From Camelus dromedarius (taxonomy: Eukaryota), in the NCBI RefSeq assembly GCF_036321535.1, contig NC_087447.1:34164001-34228000 (forward strand): 64,000 bases of DNA, given 5' to 3'. Shown here in pieces: positions 13,318 to 27,400 of the stretch. Under the pieces are notes generated by a model, which saw only the letters and a list, made by a program, of their open reading frames with translations, did not search any database and was not told the origin of the DNA. Position 1 is the stretch's first letter; every line of letters starts with the position of its first letter. Position numbers and translations under genes: made by a program.

Positions 13318-13374
13318 AGCAATGCTCTTATTTTATTGAGGGCAAACTGAGGCCCAGGAATCGTCTGTAGCCAT

Positions 13375-13530
13375 TACCAGTCACTCCCCACACCTCTCTC
13401 TACACCCCCATCCTGGCCCCAAGAGCCCAGGCAACCACAAATCTACTTTCTGTTGCTATAGACTTGCCTGCAACTCTGGACATTTCATAAAAGTGGAATC
13501 ATGCAATATTTGGTCTTCTGTGCCTAGGAA
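13375..13530 (-). mobile_element. Old L1M 3' fragment
   Basis: ggcaaccacaaatctactttctgt...ggacatttcataaaagtggaatcatgcaatat. Confidence 0.75.
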
Positions 13531-13587
13531 GCCATCTTTTAACAACACATACGAGCAGCTGATGGCTCATCAAACTATGATCCAGAG

Positions 13588-13785
13588 ATGTGCTATCCAT
13601 CACTAATAGCACGAGCCACATGTGGCCATTTAAATTAACATTGAATATATTTAACGTTCAGTTTCTCCATCTCGCCAGCCGCACTTCAAGTGCTTAATAG
13701 CCCCACGCAGCTAGTGGCTATCCTATTAGACAGCACAGATACAAAATACTACCATCACTGGAGAAAGTTCTGTTGGAACTTGCTG
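13588..13785. mobile_element. MER3-like hAT-Charlie element
   Basis: agccacatgtggccattta...ttcaagtgcttaatagccccacgcagctagtggcta...agaaagttctgttgga. Confidence 0.8.
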
Positions 13786-15751
13786 ACCCAGAGGATACAA
13801 AGGCATTTGCTGATTAACTACAAACCCACTCTCTCTGCAATGTCTGCTCCTCCTGGTGTTGAAAAGTTAACTTTGCAGACAGAGTGAAAGTAAGGAAGAG
13901 CTCAGGGGAGGGGGAGGGGGGAGAAGGGAGGGAAGGAAGGAGGCGGGAAGGGATTGGTGGGCCAGGAGGAGCTAACCCCCTCCTCCCACCCTTCCCACCC
14001 CAACATCAGTGTTATTCTCAGTGCCCAGGGTGCTCCCCTGGCCAGGCCCCAGACCTAAAAAGCTCTCTGTTCAGCTAAGTTCATCCAAAAGGCAGATACG
14101 CCAAAGTCTTTGGAAGCACTTCAAGGCATCTAGCCTCTACCTCAGTTGTTTGATGATTTCTAAAGTGCTGCATGCCAGAAGGTGATCTGAGGGGCTCCTT
14201 AATGAGAGTGAACAGTCCTGATCAGTTTCTGGCCAGCAGAGGCTACTCTGGTTGCCAAGACGTGACCCCTAAGGCTGACAGACATCCCAAGGCCAGAGCC
14301 ATGGCATCTTGACATGCTCAGACAGAAGGCAGCCCAGGCCCTGTGTTCCACCCCTTTCCTCGGACTGTTCACTAGTTCAGCTAAGATGTCTTTCCTCTTA
14401 TTGTCCAAAGATGCTGCAGTCACCTACTCCCAGGAGCAGGACAAAAGGGTATTTCAAATTGCAGTTTTGGATGCATTAAGATGATCAGAGAGCCCAGACT
14501 TAAGGACAATGGACAAACAAAAGGAAAAACAGAATCACATTCAGAAAAAAAGTCCTTTACTAATCCAAGGGCCCTTTGTTCCAAATCACAGTGCAAAAAT
14601 CATCCATCATCACCTTTTAAAGTTGTCCTAGAGGAGTATTATCAATTTGGCTAATGTCCTTTTGTTTAAAACTCTTCTTTCTTCATCTTTAGTAGCCAAT
14701 TTATTTAAAAAAAAAAAAAAGACAACCTAATAAATGCTTCTTCCAATGTGCCTGCTTGCCTAGATCAATACATTTGTCTTGAATCCCCCCTCCCTCAATG
14801 AGGGGCAGTGGGGGAATTTCAAAAATCAATAGGTTACGTTTCTAAGATACCAGGAGCAAAAGAGAACCAGGTGGATATTTACCAAGCTATGACAAGTGTT
14901 CATTTGCTAATAAGTTCTTCTTTCAGGGAAGAGCACTCTGTGTTTCCTGGTCCCTTGGTTTTCAAAAACATCCTTCACCATGGAGATATAGCTAAGCAGG
15001 AAGAGACAGGTCCATGGATGCTTTAGACTTCTGATCCTGAGCAACAGACCAAGCGTGGAGAACTGGCTCTCTAGGGTTCTCAGTTCAGCTGCTGTGGTTA
15101 CTCCGCCCCTTACAGTCATTTCTGACTTTGTCTATTCATGAATTCATGCATTCAACATGTTCATAATTCGAGGTATTTTTCCCCTCTATTTCATCTCATG
15201 TAATCTTCCCATTAATTTTGAGGTTGATGCTATTCTCATTCCCATTTTAGAGCTGAGGAACGGCAAAATCAGAGATATCCAAGAATCCATCAAAGTCACA
15301 CAGCCATCTGAGACCAGACCCCAGGTGTTCTGAATCCCAGGCTGGCATTCAGGCCATCTTCAGTATATGACAACCCGTGCCAGCTGGTATGGAAAAGAGA
15401 ACCCAGAAGGGCAAAGGGAATCTCAAGACCAAGGATCCCAGAGGCCTGAGAACAAGCTTAGACAGAGCCAGACCTGTTTTGCAGGCTCCTACTTTCACAG
15501 GTAGTCTCTACCTTGGTGAAAGGGGGCTCACAAAGCAAAAAGGGTGTGTGTCCCTACAATGAATGGCTTGTGTCTGCTTGTCAGAAAGAACTTCTGTGGG
15601 ACTGAATAACCAAGGATGCTTCAGCCACTCTGCCCACTGAAAATTCTCAGAGCTACACACAGCCAACTTACCTTTTATGAACTCAGAGCATTCTCATTTT
15701 CATGCGATTGCAGCAAAAAAAGACTATTACCTTGACAAGTGAAATCAATCC

Positions 15752-15819
15752 ATCTATATATATATGTGTGTGTGTGTATGTGTGTGTACATACACACACA
15801 TACACACACATACATATAC
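15752..15819. repeat. Imperfect (TA)/(TG)/(CA) alternating purine-pyrimidine tract, roughly self-complementary
   Basis: tatatatatatgtgtgtgtgtgtatgtgtgtgtacatacacacacatacacacacatacatata. Confidence 0.9.
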
Positions 15820-15837
15820 TGGGTCCAACTTATATTG

Positions 15838-16315
15838 TGTGGTAGATTGATTGCAAAAACAGCCTTAAGTCTCTGCCCCTCTCTCGATCATGCATGCTTT
15901 GCAATGTGCCTTGGTAGCACCTCCCTCAATGGAGAGAGTATGTTTCCCAGCCTCATGCACCTGGGCAGGCGTGTGACTTGCTTTGACCAACAGGATGAAG
16001 CATACGAGAACTGATGATGATTTTTGGAGCTTCGGCCTTAAAAGGCCATGCACACTTCAATCCTGTCTCAGAACTTGTCCACCACCACAGAATAGTCTGA
16101 ACTGGCTGGCTGGCAAACAAGAGACCAGATAGAGAAAGCTGGTTTGGCTCAGCTGAGGCCAGTACAGACCAGAGAGCATCCAGCCCATCACCCAGGCGGC
16201 CTCAGATGCATGAGCAAGCCCCACCAGGATATCACCAGAGGCTGACACACCTCAGCAGAGCTGTCCCATCCATCTGGAGGTTTGAATAATGGCCATCATT
16301 TGAAACCAGAACGTT
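15838..16315 (+). mobile_element. MaLR LTR (MLT1H-like)
   Basis: tgtggtagattgattgcaaaaa..., gtgacttgctttgaccaacaggatg, cagatgcatgagcaagccc. Confidence 0.75.
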
Positions 16316-18508
16316 TAGGCCCTGGGGAGATAAAAGTCAAACAAGTCAGAACCAGCTTTACCAGTCTTATCAAGACAGAAGTCCAGAAAAAAGTTCACTC
16401 CCACAAGTTTTACTATTATTTACTAGTAAGCAGTAACAGGTTTGCAGAAGCTCTGGGGAAAATTATTATTATTTCTTAATAGAAGATTCAAGACTGAAAT
16501 AGCTCAGAACTTGGCTTAAAGAACAAAAACTTGGAGTCAAACGACTTGGGTTAGACTCCTAGATGGAAAAGTCACTCTCCGCCCCCTACAGGTACTCACT
16601 GGTATTGACTCGAGACCAGATGAATTTAAAATGAGGCAAAGTAATCCTGGCTCGCTAAGGAGGTTCATCCCCAAAGGGCCAGAGCCTCATTCATACATGA
16701 ACAATAGGGCAGAACGAATCTCCGGTGCATGAAAATCTTTACAAACAGCCCCAGACTCTTCTCTCTAAGGTGGACTCTCTCCCTGGTTTTCCCTCATGGA
16801 TGCTGCCCCCTACAGCACCTATGGGAAATACACTTGAAAAAACAATCCTGCAGGGATACCTGCCCTAAGATGTGTATCTGGCTCTTCTCTGGAGAGGGTA
16901 AGAAAACGAGTCCAAGTGTTAAACAGTTGAAAGCAGCCACAAGCCCCTTCTCACTCAGTGGCCACGACCACTTTCGTGTGGCAGGGATCCTTGCCTGCAG
17001 CCTCTCTGATGGCTTCAGAGCATGAGCTTGGCAAGTTCCAAACAACTTAGGTGAAGTGAAGAGAAAAATCGTCCCCGGGTATGTGAACGGAGTAAAGGAA
17101 TTTATCACAAACCGTACAGAGGCTGTTATCTGCTTGAAATGCAACTTTTTTCCAGTAATGAACCCTAGAGAATAAGCGGCACCGTCAAGAATACAGTGCA
17201 CTTTTGGAATGAATGAAGACCTTCAAAGGAACCAACTCGAAGTGTGGGCGTGGGGGGTGCTCTGGGAACTCAAATAAACTGTGGGGGAGTTACTGTCATT
17301 ACCAGGCCTTTTCCAAGACCTACTAAAATCACACCAACTCTACCCTTTGCCCGGGATAATCAAATCCTATATTTGCAAAGGATCTTAGAGAAAATCTCTT
17401 CCAATCTACCTGCTAATATAAGAAAACTCCCCTCTGTTAACAATAGTGAGTGATGGTCTAGCTTGTTTCTGTTCCTCTGGAGTGAGGGACCTCCCTACTC
17501 AAGACAGCCTGCTCAACTGTGAGAAGAAAGATGTGAAAAAGTTCTTTTTTTTTAATAAAGCGAAAATTTGCTTCCTTGTAATTTTTTTTTAGTTCTACCC
17601 GCTGTGGCTAGAGGGAGAAAAAAAGCTGGCCCAGGATACAGAGCTTTATTTCTAAAAGGAAAGTGGTCTCTCCCCAGTAAACTGTTCCCTAAAACATCTT
17701 TTGCTTCTAACCGCTGGTGCAAGAACGGGTCTTCTGAGCAAAGCAGACAGACCCCTGCAAATTTCGTCTCTGGGTCTCACCCTGATGAGGTTCTAACTAA
17801 TCCAGAGAATTCAGTTCATCCCTTCTATATGCATCCTCCCAACACCTAATCACCTTGTCAAGCGCAGGTGTCACAAAATGCAATGAGAAGATTTGTGCCA
17901 TGTTTAACAGCTGTCTCTGCCACCAGACTCTAAGTTCCATGAGGGCAGGGATCATTATCTGCTTTTTCACTTTTGAATATTTAGTGACTGGCATGATGCT
18001 TGAGATACAGAAGGCACCCGATAATGTACTAAAGGATGAAATCTGAGTTCCAAGTATACGAATGCCCGAAAAGAAGGGGGAGACCCATTTAATTCATACT
18101 GTACAGTCTGGTTGGAATTATCTGCTCTTAAAAATGGAGCCAAATCTAGCATATCTTTTCCTGCAGCAGTCATCACCTAGAACCTTCAAAGATCCTTCTC
18201 TTTCGGGCTAACCCTGATTACAGAGCCTACTCGCTGGTGGCCCACTGAAGAGAGAAGGATGGATGGCTTTGTGAAGACCGATTTTAGCTCACGCTTGCTC
18301 TCAGTTCCTCACACTGGCGAGTTTTTCCATCATGGCCACATGAACCTGATCGTGCCCATGATGTGGGTTTTATTCAGTCCATGTACATTCTCCCAAATTG
18401 TGGAAACACAAGTGGGAAGGCTCTGTCTGGAGTCGTTATCTTCCCAGGACGTCCCAAGGATGCCAGGCTGAAAACCAAAGCTCCACTCGGATGTGAAACA
18501 AAGCCTGG

Positions 18509-18522
18509 GCAGTAGAGGGCAG
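18509..18522 (+). promoter_or_regulatory. Candidate CTCF core motif
   Basis: GCAGTAGAGGGCAG matches CCASYAGRKGGCRS at 13 of 14 positions; motif match only. Confidence 0.4.
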
Positions 18523-20704
18523 CAGAGACTCACCATCAGGGCTGTCCTGAGCCACAGAACCTTTTTTTCTTTTTTTTTTAAATCTTTGCTTTGCCCAAGG
18601 TGAGTTATTACAGGACACTGATCCCCACCTCATTTCACATTTCATAAAAATGCTGTGATTCTCCCATTTTGAAAAGGGCACAGGGAGCATTAGGTGTGGC
18701 GAGGTCTCCTTTACCTTTGCTCTTTTGAGGGAAGTGGGCCAGACCGCTGATTTCCATCAGCAGCTATTAGCTGTAGAATATCCACAAAGTTCGGGGAGCC
18801 TGGACAATCGCATGAACCAACACAGCCGCCAAGAAATCGAGGCAGGCGCTCCCAGGACACTAAGAATGTAAATTGTGCACACAGTGCCTTGGCATAAACC
18901 ACTCTGCAGCATGACACTTCTCTCCACGGCATGACACCTGAGGGTGGCCCGTGTACCCCTCTTATCACAATGTAGATGGCTGTGACCATCATCCTGGAAA
19001 TGGATATTTTCAGTGTGACCCCTCAACCGACCTCCTCATCAGAAGATGGTTCCCTGACACACAGGTTATGTGTTGGTCTCCTGATGAAATGCATAGACTT
19101 AGGAGCTTGAGGAAGGCAAAATGCCCCAGAGAAACAGGAATTTTATCTGGTAGGTTCATTTAAGTTAGAGGATGCTACGTCCTCAGCACCCAGGCAGCCA
19201 CACACGTGGTCTCATCAGGTTGGGGCGGCTACATGAGCCGTCAAGTTTTACTGTTCCAGAGCGCTCCCTTGTCTGGCCAGCGTTCTGTTCCTGTACTCTG
19301 CATTGTGAACATGAGCCCCATGTGCTCATAGAAAAGTCAATCTCATTTATCCCCAAAGCTATTTATCTTCTCATGCTAATAAACACTGTCAGGTACCTAA
19401 CTTTAGAGAAGAAAAAAAAATTTTTTTTTATAGAAGAACATCTGAATGAATGACTGAACTTAAGCTCTGACTCCAGATGATACCTGGATAAAAATTCCGA
19501 AGGGAGCCCCCAGAAACATAAATACTTTCCCCTACCAATGATCCTTGAAATTAAATTGAATTTGTGTACGTGTGATGTTTTCCACACAGCAGATGGAAGC
19601 AAAAGAGATGCTGAGATTGATTACCTGAAGATCAGATGAACATCAACTAGTCACTTTTCATTCCTGACACAAGACTAATCAAATAGCTATTTCATATTCC
19701 TAAATGATCTCTTTTCTCTCTTTTTCTCAACTCCTTCATCCTGTTACAAAAAGTCATGTTTACTGTCTTTTCGAGAAAGGACAGATAGCAGAACCAGGAG
19801 CTCACGCAAGGCTTTCAGACACATCCATATTTAGAGAAGAGCACACATGGTTAGATCCTTCTTATTCTTCTCCCTGAAAAAGGACGGCTTTGGCATTAAA
19901 GGTTATTAGTCTCACACATTAGTGGGATTGATGCGTCTCCTGCTCTGAAGGCTCTTTGAGTTACACAGTAGATCAAGAAAACGGCTCCCGGAGGTGGCCG
20001 GAGAGACGATACCAGATACAAGCTCCTTCACCTTCCATGTTTGACTTTAGTTTAGTGCTGGAGGTTAAGCTAGGATGGAGAACAGGAAGGAAGGCACACT
20101 GCATAGGCTCCTCTCCAGGCAGCCCTGCGAGTGCTCACCCTTCCTCGGAATTCACCCTTACTCTGAACAGAAGAGTGCTCTTACCAAGCAACAGCAAGCT
20201 CTTCAAGTGCTGGCAGAGAAAGAGCCCGAAGGTGGTTCTCCAATCAGGGAAGACTCTCCCCCTCCCTCTGCTACCATATCCAGATCCTACAGGGACCCTT
20301 TTTCTTCATATCTAACCTGAATATGGGATCCAAATCCATTTCCTTCTTTTCTATTAGCTCAGCTAAAACAAGGTAGCATTATTTTTTTTTAATTAAAATG
20401 AGAACTTTGCTAGAGATGAGTGAGGCAACAGCAGGAAACCAAAAGACACAAAGACCTATGCAAGTAGGCAAGTTGCTGACTCTGGGAATAAATTAAAATT
20501 TGTGCACAACAAAATGTATGTATATGATGATTTAAATAGCTTCCCATGTACTGAGCTCCTGCCATACACCAGGCATTAGTTTAGGGGTCTCACCACCTTA
20601 ATCTCCGTTCCCCGGAATGACACACTACAAAGTAGCTGCTGAGAGTTGAAGGGCAATGAGAAGGTGGCACGCTCTTTCGGAGGGGACCAAGAAGTCCTCC
20701 CAGG

Positions 20705-20860
20705 AGAGGGGGTCTCACACTTCAGTGTTGTAAGAATGACCAGGGTGTAAAATGCGGACTTTGGGACTCTAATTCAGAAATGTGAATTTGAAGGACAAGA
20801 TTTGTAAAGCTTCAGGATTTCTGTTTTTAGCAATTTCCTCAAGGGATGCTAGTGTAGACG
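20705..20860. mobile_element. MER5-like hAT fragment
   Basis: ggtctcacacttcagtg...aaaatgcggact...tttagcaatttcctcaagggatgct; degraded. Confidence 0.5.
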
Positions 20861-23744
20861 GCTCATTAATCATACCTGCAGCATCAACAGTCTCAAGTTC
20901 ACCGTCTCATCAGATCATGGGACTGGAGCTGTGTGCTTCACACTTAACCGAGAGCTACCATGTGGGACCTGCTTTCTCCCCAGTTACACAGCAGCAATTT
21001 GCATATACTCTGTTGAGGCATTATCTTTGGAGAGAGGTGCCATGTGTTTTAGGACTTTTTATCTCTTCAATTATACAATGGCAATAATTTGTTTACAACA
21101 AAAGGGAACTAGGGTGTGAAATGCAATCTAACAAAATGCAATCTGCCTTCACTGCAGAAGCCGTAACCTCCACCCGCCCACTTGTGAAACAGCACTATTA
21201 ACAGACAGCAAACCAACTGACTTACACACTATTTACAAAGATCAGAATGTAGCGATTGTTTCGTACTATGCAAATAGCACCCACCATGTCCATAAACTCC
21301 AGCAACCAGGAAACAACAATCATACCCTTCAGAGAAATGTCTACAACCAACAGAGGTGACAAGGACAGAAAATCTGAATTGAGCTTCTCAAAAAATGAGA
21401 AAAAACCCTTCACATCTGCCTTGCTCCCATCACTATGGTTAGAGCAGCTCACTGCTGCTTCATAGACGAAAAAACTGAATCTCTGAGAGGTGAGGTGACA
21501 TGCTATTAGAAAAGGATGAACAAAACCTTTTCCCCTTCTGCATGAGGATCTGACCTTGGGTTCACTGTCTAACTCTGTTCCCCTGGAAACTTGATAAAGA
21601 TAGAATGTCAGCTATGTTACTAAGCAACACTGCTCATGAAAAAAAATGACCGTGGACAGTTACACTACATCTGGATGGGGAAGAGCTGTAAATGAAGTAT
21701 AAATACTGTTGGTGGCCACCATCCTGGGCTCCTCTGAGCACTGTGACTACTGATTGGGCCCAAGCCTTGTGGGAACCATAGAAGTTATACACAGGGAACT
21801 GTTACAAAGAGATACTGGCTCCATGGGACACGGGGCTTTTAAACTAGAGGGACTCCTGTGCCTGCCCCATGTGAATCTTGTTAACCTCACACCTGAGCTA
21901 TCACCTGAGGTGGGAGGGGGCAGGGACAGCTCAGGGATGCTGTGTGGACTGCTGTCGGTACTGCTGTGAGGACCACTGCTCTGGAACAGAAATGCCCACA
22001 CTGCCCCGCCAACAGCCTGTGACTCCTGTCTATACCCTTCGGAGGAGAATGGTGCCAGGTGTGGCCTGTGATGGTCTGACTGCCATCCTGAGCACATGCC
22101 CTGATAAGCAGTGCACTTGCCCAAAGCCACCCTCCTGGGACGCGGCAGGGCCAGAACTCAAACTCAGTTGGCTGCCTTCAAGGTACACGTTCTCTCTTTA
22201 ATTGCAGGGCCCAACCTCTTCTTCTGAGATAACTGTATTCTGGTCCAAGAGACTGGTGCAACTGGAACAAACACCCACCAGACATTCCTCTCCCCTGCAG
22301 TGCCACGTGCCTAGGTTTGGAATCCTCTAACTCACCCCGCCTGCCCAACTCAGCAGCTGGTCTATTAGTTCACTGAGTTCCATTTCTACATGATCCCCAC
22401 AGACTAATTTCAACACAACGATACCCTGGTTCGAACCTCTAAGATGGCGTTTTAAGCCCTCAGACAACTATGCCTTCTGGCAGGAGAGTCATGGTGACTT
22501 CAGAGCTGATTCCCAAACAGAGATGATTATCTCCCCTGAGTGCTGACAGGTACCGAGCTCTCTCCTTGCCCCGGGTAACAGCTCTGCAACGGCAGGGGCC
22601 CCCTGCTGACCCAGGGAGGCCGCACCCCGCCAGTGAGACAATCTTGCAGAAGTTTCCCCTCTACTCTCCTACTCTGCAGGACATGAGTTTATTAACACAG
22701 TGAGCCCAGCACATGTCCTCTCAGATAAGCACCGGACCAGGAGAGGAGTCATTCCCTCCCAGTCTCCCCTTCCTTTTCTCTCGGCAGAAATCCTGAAACG
22801 GAAATCAGGGAAGGTGATATCACTTCTCTGAAGTCCTCCCCGAGCCTTCTGGCTGAGTGCATCTTCTTGCTCACAACTTTGACCACAGCTCTATTACAAG
22901 ACAAATGAGCACCGCCCTTCCCGAGGTTGTGAGCCTCCAGGAAGCAGAGTCTGTGCCCAGTCCACACTGTTAGCATGACCAGCCCAATGCTGGACACAAC
23001 TGGTGACAAAACAAACAGAGGAAAGAAACAACACGAAACAGGGGCACCCCAACCATGCACCCTTCTGCATGACTTGGACCACCAAATTAATTCCATCCAG
23101 TCCAGACTGTAATTGTAGGTCAGCATCTTGATTAATGGCAGAATGTGGGCAACTTCCTCATGCTCACATCTCCGATCGCTCAGTCTGATAAAGAACTTGC
23201 TCTGCCAGCCACAAAGTGACAAGTTTACAGAGATTCTAAACCAATGGCCCCAATGTTACTCAGACATGACGTTGTGCTGAGGGCTGGAAAACTTTATCTC
23301 CAGCCACATCTGGCTGTCCTCTTTTGCCCATGACAGGCAGCAGTGAACGAAGAGGAAGAAAGTGACCCAGAGCATGAAGACCTGAAAAAGGAACCCGTCA
23401 GAAAAGTGCTGCTGGGGCTCACGTGAGACAAGACCAGACAGCCAGTGAAAATGAAAGAATTCATTCACACTCCACAGTGGCTGATGACAGAGGACTTCAG
23501 ACTCACTGTACAGAAGGGGAAACTGAGGTCTGGAGAAGTTAAGTGTCTTGAGGGAAGTCATGCCAGGTGGGAGTGAGCCTGATCTCCAACCCAAGTACTT
23601 TTGTATTATGCCAAGGTCATGAGTTGTAATGCTCAGCAAACTGTCAATAAAAAAGGTCAGTTTTTAGCAAATGATCTTATTTCAGCCTCTTAAAAACAAT
23701 TTGCTTCATTTCAAAGACAAAGGGTAATTTGCCCAAGAGAATGA

Positions 23745-24410
23745 AGAGTGTCAAGTGTATAGAGAAACTAGCTTTCTCACACACTGTTGACAGGAATTAT
23801 ACATCAGGATAATCTTTTGGGAGCAAAATTTGACACTGTTTAAATAGCTGTAAAATGTGCATACACCCTCCAATGCAGAAATTCCACTGAAATGGTTGTA
23901 TATGTGCAAAAAAGATACATGAGGACATCAATTCAGTGCTGTTTATAATATCAAAAAATTAGAAGCAAATTAAATGAAAGTGGTTAAAAATACTAAGGTA
24001 AATTCATACAATGGAGTACTACGCAACTATCTTATGAAGAGAGATTGACCTGTACAAAAGGCTGTCCATGATTTATTCATTTTATTTATGAGATTTAAGA
24101 TGTCATGTGAGAGAGAGTGTCTGTATATGTATAAGGCTCCTGTAAGAATTAAATTATTACTTAGAAAGCACTTGAAATAGTTCCTAGCAAAGAGTAAACA
24201 TTTGGAAAAATTTATCAAAATGTGACAGTCTGTGTATGGAAAAAACATATAGAAGAATATAAACCAAGTGGTAAACAGTGGCTTTATCTGGGAGGTGGGA
24301 TTACGTAGGGTTCTTTTTCTTTTAAGAAATTTAGGTGTTGTCTGAATATTTTTATATAATTATTATTGTAGTGAAAATATCATAAAGATGTGCCTTCTAT
24401 AAAATGAAAA
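23745..24410 (+). mobile_element. Old L1ME-type 3' fragment (with a probable MIR piece inside)
   Basis: gcagaaattccact...gtgctgtttataatatcaaaaaattagaagcaa...catacaatggagtactacgcaact; AT-rich and degraded. Confidence 0.6.
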
Positions 24411-27400
24411 CCATTAGAATTCGGTCCAGGAATACTAAACATTTCAAACTTGTATGATGGACTAAATAGCTCAGAAATGCATGAGATTTCTGGCAGTGTT
24501 CACCCACTCAGAGGATGTAAGAGAGGGAATGGAAGGAAGAGAAAACAGATAACTGTCATAGATGCTGAAAAAGACAACCATTTCCTCTCCCCTGATAATC
24601 AGTGACTCTGGCCTGGAGGCTTAGAGCCACTTAGAGCCACCAGAGGAAGCCAAGGGCCACAGTATGTCCTGGTCATCCCGTGATGTCCCAGCCATCCTTT
24701 AACGGAGGTTTTGCCTTCAATCCTGCTCACACATCCTGCAGGCCGGGCAAGGCTCTAACCTGATCACTGTCTGCAGGAACACAAATCCAAAGGTGGAGCA
24801 AAACTATGATATCCCATAATGATACAGCAAACAATTCTCAGGTTTTCCTAAAAGCTAAGGATCTGCAGACTTTCCCTCAAACCTGCAAAATCTGAAATTT
24901 GAATCTTTAGGGAAACTAACAGGTCATATTGCTGTACAGAACATTCCGGGTTTTTGTCTATCAACTATGTATTTGATCACCTTATGGAATGAGCTAACGA
25001 ACTGTGTGAGTCCCCCCGTGTTTCCTAGCTTCGGAGTACTACCCGTCACTTTTCTTCGGCTTTCCATTCCAGTTGACCGCGCAGTATAATCAGAACTAAA
25101 TTCAGTGAGGCTGCCAAAATGGGGACTTGTTTCTTTAGACTTGATTTTAAGAGGAATGTTTCAGTATTTCCCCACAAAGTATAAAGTGCCCTGGGGTTTT
25201 TAAAAAGTTGCCTGTTTCAATTTCCTTTTAATCCTTTTTAAAACTTGGGACGAAGTGCTAAAATACTTTTTGTCATTTATTGACAGAGTAAGGAATTCTC
25301 ATTGAACCTACTGATGTAACTAGATCAATTCCTAGCAGTGAAATTCCTGGGTCACATAAAAAAGCCCACGAATTGGTTTACCTGAGAATGAAATGTCAGA
25401 ATACAATATAATCAGGGCCTGACTGACTCACAAGAAAGCTTCAAGGAAGGACAGGTAATGAGATTGTATCATGGACTTGACCTCATCCGAAAGCAGTCTG
25501 CGCCTCAACCAGGGCACCAGCCACACCGAACTGCAATTCATCTGCTCACGAGAGTTCTCTCTCCGAGATTTTTCCAGATGAAGGATGACAGTTTATGCCC
25601 CCAAGTACATGTAGTGTCTTATACACGGCCAGGTGGTTGAGTTATTTCTGCTCCCTCACCACAAAATATATTTTGCATGTAAGCTGGCTACCTCACAGTC
25701 TGCAATCAAGGTCAGACTCAAGAGAGAACACAGGGACCATGAAGAAAGGAGGGGGAAATACGGACGTCTCTGAAGGTACAATCGCACGGCCCCTTTACCT
25801 CAGGATGGTGGGAAAGAATTAGTAAAAAAAAAAAAAAAACACCCGGGCCTGTGCCAGCCTGGCTTTACCTCAGCTCCCTGGAGTAGGAGAGGGGGACAGG
25901 CTCACCGCTCCTGCACCTGGAACCACTGTCAGTTATCTGTATCACTGCGAATCCTTAGAGGACTCCGCAAGTCACAGCTCACACAGCATTTCCCCACGTA
26001 CTCCCTCACCTGCTCCCCCAGAGACACCCCCGGGACAGGCGGGGCCAGAGCTCAAATCTGGGAGTCACACCTGCACTCACTGACCAGGGAGGGCCAAGTA
26101 CTAAATCTCATTTAGCCTCATTTTCTTTATCCGTAAAACCGGATTCATACTTACCTCCTGGAGTGTGTGAAGCTCAGGAAGCATAGCGAGCATCTGAGTC
26201 CTGGCAAGTACAACGTGCTCAGCGATTAAGTACAAGCTCCCTCTCTTCTGACACTGAAGCCTGTCCCTTGAGCAATGCCTCTCTCAGAATTCACAGCCCC
26301 TGTCCTCTAAGAGGCCTTGGGGGCTCCCTGTCTGCTTGGGGCACCCGTGACAACCGCTGCCCAGGACGGAGGCAGACTGGTGGCTGCTCGAGCCCTGATG
26401 GGGAACCCCTGGCGGGGCTGCGTGGGTGACCCTGCACCTGTGTTTGGTTCTGAGACACAGGTCCAGCCAGCAACCCCGCTTCCTCGAACCACATCTGTTG
26501 CAGCAATGAGGAACCTTGTCTTCATTTTCTCAATCTTTTGGACACTGGCCTCACAGCCATCCTTCAGACTTTTTTAATGACAGCATCTCTCTAAAGGACG
26601 ATGGGAAAGGGGCCGGCTTTCCGCTACACCCTCTTCACTCCCCTCTCTCCTTCACCTGCACATCTCTAACTAGCTCAGCTGTGAGCATGGCTGTTCCACT
26701 TCCAGGAGAAGCACAGCATTAACTGTGGCTCTGGACCCAAAGTGCCTAAGCTGAGCCCCACCTCCACCTCTCACTGCCTCTGGTGTGACCTCGGCAAGGA
26801 CTTCACCTCGCTTCATCCCTTGTAAAATGTAGATAGCAACGCAGTTTGTCTGGGGAATTCAATGAGGCACATAGTAGGTACTCAACAAATAGCTCTTCCA
26901 TATATATTATTTATATACATAAACACACCGTGAAAGTTCTGGAAGGATATGCATAGGATGGTTTATATTAGTATCCTTCAGGGAGCGTGGAGAGAACTTT
27001 CATTTGATATAAACTTATACCACTTCACGAGCATTTACTACTTTGGTAATTTAAACACACATTTAAAAAGAACACACTTGGGTACGGTGATGAAAAGGAA
27101 AGGAATGGAGGAGATGGGAAGGGAGGGGAGAAAAGAGAGAGAAGGAGAAAAAGAATTTGTTTGAGGCAGAAGCCAAAGGCTAGATCAGAGTCTTGACTGG
27201 TTGAGACATTCTGGTTATAGCTTTGGTGCTAGTTGCAGAGTTGCCAACGCTTCGCCTGGGAAACCTTCTGCTACGTGTATGTCAGCCCGACACAAATGTC
27301 CTTCCTATTTCCTGCAGTATACTAGGTGGGGATGGGGTGGGGGCTGCGGGAAGCTCAGTTCCATTGGACCAAGTTATCCTGAGCTGGAGAGGTGGGTGAA

